A stretch of DNA of 64,000 nt from Eledone cirrhosa (lineage: Eukaryota). A program made the position numbers and the translations under genes. The first letter of the stretch is position 1; each line of letters starts with the position of its first letter. The notes under the pieces are model-generated. The model ran no database searches. It was not told the DNA's origin and saw nothing but the letters and a program-made list of their open reading frames with translations. This document shows, in pieces, positions 58,520 to 64,000 of this stretch. The stretch lies in NCBI GenBank assembly GCA_964016885.1, contig OZ024745.1, positions 129,952,001-130,016,000 on the forward strand. The letters run 5' to 3'.

Positions 58520-58838
58520 TACAAGGGTGTCTTGGAAAGTCTCTGGCTTTGGCTAAAAGAAAATACAAGAAGATCATTTAAAAGAAAATACAGGAGGATT
58601 CAATTAAAAGAAAATACAGGAGGATCAGTTAAAAGATAATACAGCAGCATCAGTTAAAATAATATACGAGGGATCAGTTAAAAGAATATACGGGAGGATC
58701 AGTTAATTATGATTCTATTCAACATATTCATTAAGTTCACAAACGTAATGAGAGCGGACCTACCTCCTCTGAGAAGGTAACAGCTCTACCCTTGCACTAT
58801 ACCATTAAAGCCAGGGACTGTTCAGAACAACCTCAATA
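58520..58838. mobile_element. Mariner-type MITE with an internal 25-bp tandem array
   Basis: TIRs tacaagggtgtcttggaaagtctctggcttt / aaagccagggactgttcagaacaacctcaata; six copies of taaaagaaaatacaggaggatcagt at 58554-58705. Confidence 0.72.
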
Positions 58839-59778
58839 TTTACTTCTGAAAATTAAATATGTTTATAAGACTTCGTTCAATTATATCATACAGTGGATGT
58901 TGATTACACATAATTCCTTTTGGAAAGCTTTGAGATAACATAATATAACATGATAAATATAGCAACTGCCAAATTAAAATATATGTGATGCAATGGTAAT
59001 AGAACTTAAAAGATTTCCTTGTATTAAGACCAGCTCTAAATAACTTTCATTCAAATTAATCATCACAAGAGTGTGTATTTATATTTCATATAATAAATTA
59101 GCAGCTGTAGTATGAATACATGTCGAATAATGTTAATACTACTCTATGTAAAAATGAGCGTCTCTTTCAGGATCCTTTTCAGAAAAATAGGTTTCTCTGC
59201 ATTGTGCAGAAAAACCACATTAAAATAGTTCCATTATTCAAAATACACCAAAGGGTTGTGATCTGTCGAACTGTCTTGAGGTTGTGGTATATCACGCCAT
59301 ATATCAAATACAATGAGAGTAAATGATATTGACGAGGCAAAACTGTGGCACCTCTCTGAACTAGTGTTCACCATTTCTGGTATGTAAGATAGTAATCATG
59401 AAACAAACACTGACATTAACGACTATATCAAAACCAACATTTTTCTAATATTCTTCTACTTCCTTCATAACGTGACCAATATCATTTTCTGTGTCATATC
59501 TTTTCTATTGATGTTATAGCACAATGCTGTATGCTACAATTGACCATATATATTTTTTTTCATATATTTATTACCCTGCTGAAGTTGAGTGATATTCTGA
59601 TATTGCCATCTAAGAGCAAATGTTTTCTCAGACACTTCCTAACCTATGTCGGCTTTACTGGAATAAATTTTAGTTCTGTGTGTATGTGTAAATAGACATA
59701 TTTAAGAATATGTTAAAACCCTTATGTACTTATAGTACCTGAATGAAAATGTATCCCCCTATATACATCTGCGTGTGT

Positions 59779-59853
<75 letters not shown>

Positions 59854-60353
59854 TGTGTGTGTGTGTGTGTACGCATGATTAAACGTATGCTTGAGATAAC
59901 CGGGAATGTAAGTGTGTGGCGTTCCGCTAACACGATCAATGTATATGCTGGACATCAAACAACTTAAACGACCGGTGTTATCATGAGAATCATAAGCATT
60001 ACTGACATGCTTTCATACATAATACCACAGTGAACATATAAGGAACAAGAGAGTGGAAGAAGAAAAAAAGAATAGAGGAGGTCGAAATCTGAACACGTAA
60101 CAAAATATTCGGATATATAACAAAACGTGAGGAGCGAAAGAAGACGTTGGCGATGACGACGACGGAAAAAGAAGAAGAAGAAGAAGAAGAAGAAGAAGAA
60201 GAAGAAGAAGAAGAAGAAGAAGAAGAAGAAGAAGAAGAAGAAGAAGAAGAAGAAGAAGAAGAAACACATAAAATCGAAAATGTAAAAGGTAAAGATTATA
60301 TAAAGTGAGAAAATGCGAACTAGTTTCAGACGTTAAAGTCCTTTATTGGCAAT

Positions 60354-60428
60354 GCTGTGATACATATTTCAATGACGACAGTGGCCACGCGATTCCGTGT
60401 GCCTAGTACCGTGACATCATCAGACAGC
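60354..60428 (-). ncRNA. Type I hammerhead with extended stem II
   Basis: gctgt-CTGATGA-tgtcacggt...actgtcgtcatt-GAAA-ta tg ta-TC-acagc. Confidence 0.65.
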
Positions 60429-60564
60429 TTCTTATATAATAAGGTTACGTTCCCAAGGCAATCCAAACAGAAACGACAAGGGATCGAACAAGGCGTGCGT
60501 GCTTGAATCGCCTGCCCGTTCCCAAGCATATACGCATACACACATACACACATACACACACATT

Positions 60565-61360
60565 GTTATGAAGAAATCAGAGACTAATTTTAGAATAATA
60601 ATATTAATAACCAGAACAAGCTCTTGGCCGAAGATGCCAAGGGATTTTACAGTTTTAGACAAGAAGAATCTTGAAGTACGAAATCCATCTGTGCTTGAAG
60701 AGGTTGAACGCTTCTGGGCAAATGTCTGGGAAATAGCTGAATACCACAATTAGAATGGTCTATGGCTCGAAGATTTAGAATTCCTGCAAGCACCCAGGAA
60801 TTGAATGAGTTCTCTCCCGGAAATAAAAATACCGCTCAGCAATGTTGGAAACTAGACATCATCATCATTTATCGTCATCATCTTCATCATCATCATCATC
60901 ATCTTAGGCAAAGATGGCTTTCAGAATTTCAGACTGAAACATCTGGATTCCCTCCATGAATCTTTGGTAGCCGAATGTTCCAGGATTGTAGCAAACCCAA
61001 CAGAGGTCTCAATCTGGATGACAAATTGCGTAACCTATCTTCTACATAGAAAGTCTAAAGAACTACAGATCAATGATATACCCTCCATTAATGTACAAGT
61101 CCCTCACATCAGTGATCACTGAGAAACATTTGGAAGCAAAGATCAGCTACTAATAAATAGACTCTTAATGGAAAAATGTAAACAGAAGATGAAACATCAG
61201 TGAATGGCTTAAATAGACCACAAGAAGTCAGATGACAGCGTATTTCAATCAGGGATAATAAAGGTCTTAGATGTGTACAGTGTAGCATTTGATGTCATGA
61301 GTTTCCTGGAGGCGATGATGATAAACTGGGAAACTACAATGCTCCTTCAAAAATCAAAAA
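60565..61360 (+). mobile_element. Highly degenerate R4/Dong-type RT remnant
   Basis: EEVERFWANVWE; NPTEVSIWMTNCVTYLL; MYKSLTSVITE; KDQLLINR; decayed DxKKxxDSV motif. Confidence 0.65.
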
Positions 61361-61966
61361 CACAATCGACCACTTGTAACTAAGTAGATTCTTCTTCTTC
61401 TTCTTCTTCTTCTTCTTCTTCTTCTTCTTCTTCTTCTTCTTCTTCTTCTTCTTCTTCTTCTTCTTCTTCTTCTTCTTCTTCTTCTTCTTCTTCTTCTTCT
61501 TCTTCTTCTACCCGAGAGTATCATGCGGGAAGATTCCTCAAACACTCCCCCCAGCAGGTTCTATCAGATGCAACCGTCTCCAACTGATCCGGCTGGATCC
61601 TCAAGCGAGACCAGCCAAGCTCATAGATGTTATCCAACCATCGTGCTCGGGGTAAAAAACCCTCATTTGGAAGATGTAAATTATTCCACGACAGATTTTG
61701 AGAGCGTTTACTTAATAGATTATTCGTTAAAAATATACAGCAATAAAATATGAATAATATTAAACATGGTAAAAAAGAAATCAGGTGATTGAAGCCGAAT
61801 ACAAGAATAGTGTTTACAATTAAAATGGTATTCTTAACACATGATACCTGAAGAGGGAGTATCGTTTGGTCGTTTACAATAATGTCATATGTTTTAAAGT
61901 GTATTGCAAAATATTTTTTTATTTAATTGTTACTTCAGAGTGTTATAAGCAAAATGTACGTTTGCT

Positions 61967-62378
61967 TGCTTATATGGTTTATATTGTATATGTATAAATA
62001 TCAATGCTTAGTGGCTTTGTAGCTGACACAGTACATTGATATATATGTAGAATTATCAACTCTAATAATTATACGCTAAAACAAATCCCCTCTTTAAAGA
62101 TATAAGAAGCAAAATTGAGCAGCTGGAAATTTCAGTGCATAGCAAGGTGTTTTTCATCAATATAAACTTGCCAGATGAGCATCGACTTAACATGAATTAG
62201 TTTTAAAACATTATTATTTCACCATCATGTTCTAGAGTTATTCGATTCATTTTAATTAAAATAAAAAATCATTATTCTCCAAGTAGAATATCTCGATTAA
62301 CATCTATTAAAATATAGTAATGTTTAGATGATTGAAGACTCTGGGTAAATAATATATATATATATATATATATATGTG

Positions 62379-62415
<37 letters not shown>

Positions 62416-62419
62416 CATG

Positions 62420-62456
<37 letters not shown>

Positions 62457-62842
62457 TATTTACCCAGAGTCTTCAATCATCTAAACATTACTATATTTTA
62501 ATAGATGTTAATCGAGATATTCTACTTGGAGAATAATGATTTTTTATTTTAATTAAAATGAATCGAATAACTCTAGAACATGATGGTGAAATAATAATGT
62601 TTTAAAACTAATTCATGTTAAGTCGATGCTCATCTGGCAAGTTTATATTGATGAAAAACACCTTGCTATGCACTGAAATTTCCAGCTGCTCAATTTTGCT
62701 TCTTATATCTTTAAAGAGGGGATTTTTTTTAGCGTATAATTATTAGAGTTGATAATTCTACATATATATCAATGTACTGTGTCAGCTACAAAGCCACTAA
62801 GCATTGATATTTATACATATACAATATAAACAATATAAGCAA
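61967..62842. repeat. Near-perfect inverted duplication, arms of about 390 bp, centred on (TA)n(TG)n/(CA)n(TA)n
   Basis: 61967-62353 versus 62456-62842; only two mismatches seen by eye. Confidence 0.95.
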
Positions 62843-62917
62843 TATATACACACATATATATACACATATACATATATATATATGTATCTATGTATATATA
62901 TATATATATATATATAC

Positions 62918-63112
62918 ATAATATTTTGAAGCTGGTCGTAGAGCTAAATCTGGCCTTAAGCTTTGTATATATATATATATATATAACAATAGTACTTTTC
63001 TAAGTCCAATAGACAATCACATCCCTTCTAACCATATATATGTACAGGAATCTGTTTAACAGACTAGAGCTTAAGGTCAGATTTAGCTCTACAACCAGCT
63101 TCAAATTATAAT
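62918..63112. repeat. Short inverted repeat with a 100-bp spacer, bounded by (TA)n
   Basis: tttgaagctggtcgtagagctaaatctggccttaagct / agcttaaggtcagatttagctctacaaccagcttcaaa. Confidence 0.85.
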
Positions 63113-64000
63113 GTATATATATATATATATATATAAATGTGTGTTCATAAATCCTTATAAACACGCGCTCACACAAACATAAAGACACGCACGCAAGTCA
63201 TATACAGCTAATCTACATACAGTGATAAACGTAAAATGTGCGAGGAAACAACAGCACAAATTAAAAGGATATATAAAAAAAATAGGTGAGGATTTACGTA
63301 TTTCGCTCTTCCTCTTTTCCATTTTGACTCTTCTCTCTCTTTCTCACTTTACTTTACACGCTCTGTTCCTCTCTTTCCCTCTTTATCTTTCCCTCTCTCC
63401 CTTTCCCTCTCAAACACAGTCTTTATCTCTCTTTTAGAAACACTCATATAATATCATACGTACACTCATGAACAGTCTATATAGTTTCTCTTTTTCGCTC
63501 ACCCAATATCCTTCTCTGTCCACCATGAATCATGTAAATGAATAAATCTTAGTGTCAGCTTCATAGAGTACGTCTGCATATAGCGAAGAATATTTCAACG
63601 TATGACGTTTTCTACTTGAAAAATGTCCTGGAGAGTAATGTCAATTAGTGACCACAAATACTAATTTATTGCATAGTATATGTCAAAAGTGTGTGACGAA
63701 ATAATGGGGAAAATGTTGCAAGCGTATTCTTTGATAAACGGCTTCAAAGAAAGAATGACGTATGCAGTCATGTAGATGCATTTGTAAGAGGAATGGTAAA
63801 TAGCGTTGTATATGTGAATAGAAGGAGCTAAGTCGTTATTCTACCCACACGTTTACACACTGTCGTGTGTACATAAACACATCTAGAAACACATGAACAG
63901 ATATACATAACCTCACATGAACACAAACATGTATGAATAGGTGTATACACGTTTTATATAGGAATATTCGGAGATATATTTGTATACATATACATATATA

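Noticed and set aside
58554-58705. Regular 25-bp repeats resembling a CRISPR array
   Set aside because: No unique spacers, eukaryotic context, and located inside a MITE

Overview
AT-rich eukaryotic non-coding DNA with dense (TA)n, (CA)n, (GA)n and (TTC)n microsatellites. The SINE families resemble those of octopod cephalopods (inference, not verified). Almost all ORFs in the six-frame track are microsatellite artefacts. Real coding remnants are retrotransposons: three Penelope-like elements (PLEs; Neptune-type, Naiad-type, and an unassigned GIY-YIG fragment), RTE-type LINEs (all three copies 5'-inverted), R4/Dong-type LINEs and a Tx1/L1-type 3' end. There are also two tRNA-derived SINE families, Tc1/mariner and Tigger-like MITEs and a non-autonomous Helitron. 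The main hidden structure is a population of about ten PLE-derived 3'-end families sitting in (TA)n tracts. They carry minimal type I hammerhead ribozymes (about 20 motifs, including a U3:A8 core variant in three families) and share one architecture: (TA)n - inverted copy ending at a fixed point - sense 3' end plus tail - (TA)n. The shortest copies collapse into hairpins. One possible host exon (minus strand, 23116-23224) ends in an amidation-like ...KPYRKVLRIG-stop. All calls were made by eye, and coordinates of degenerate repeats are approximate.
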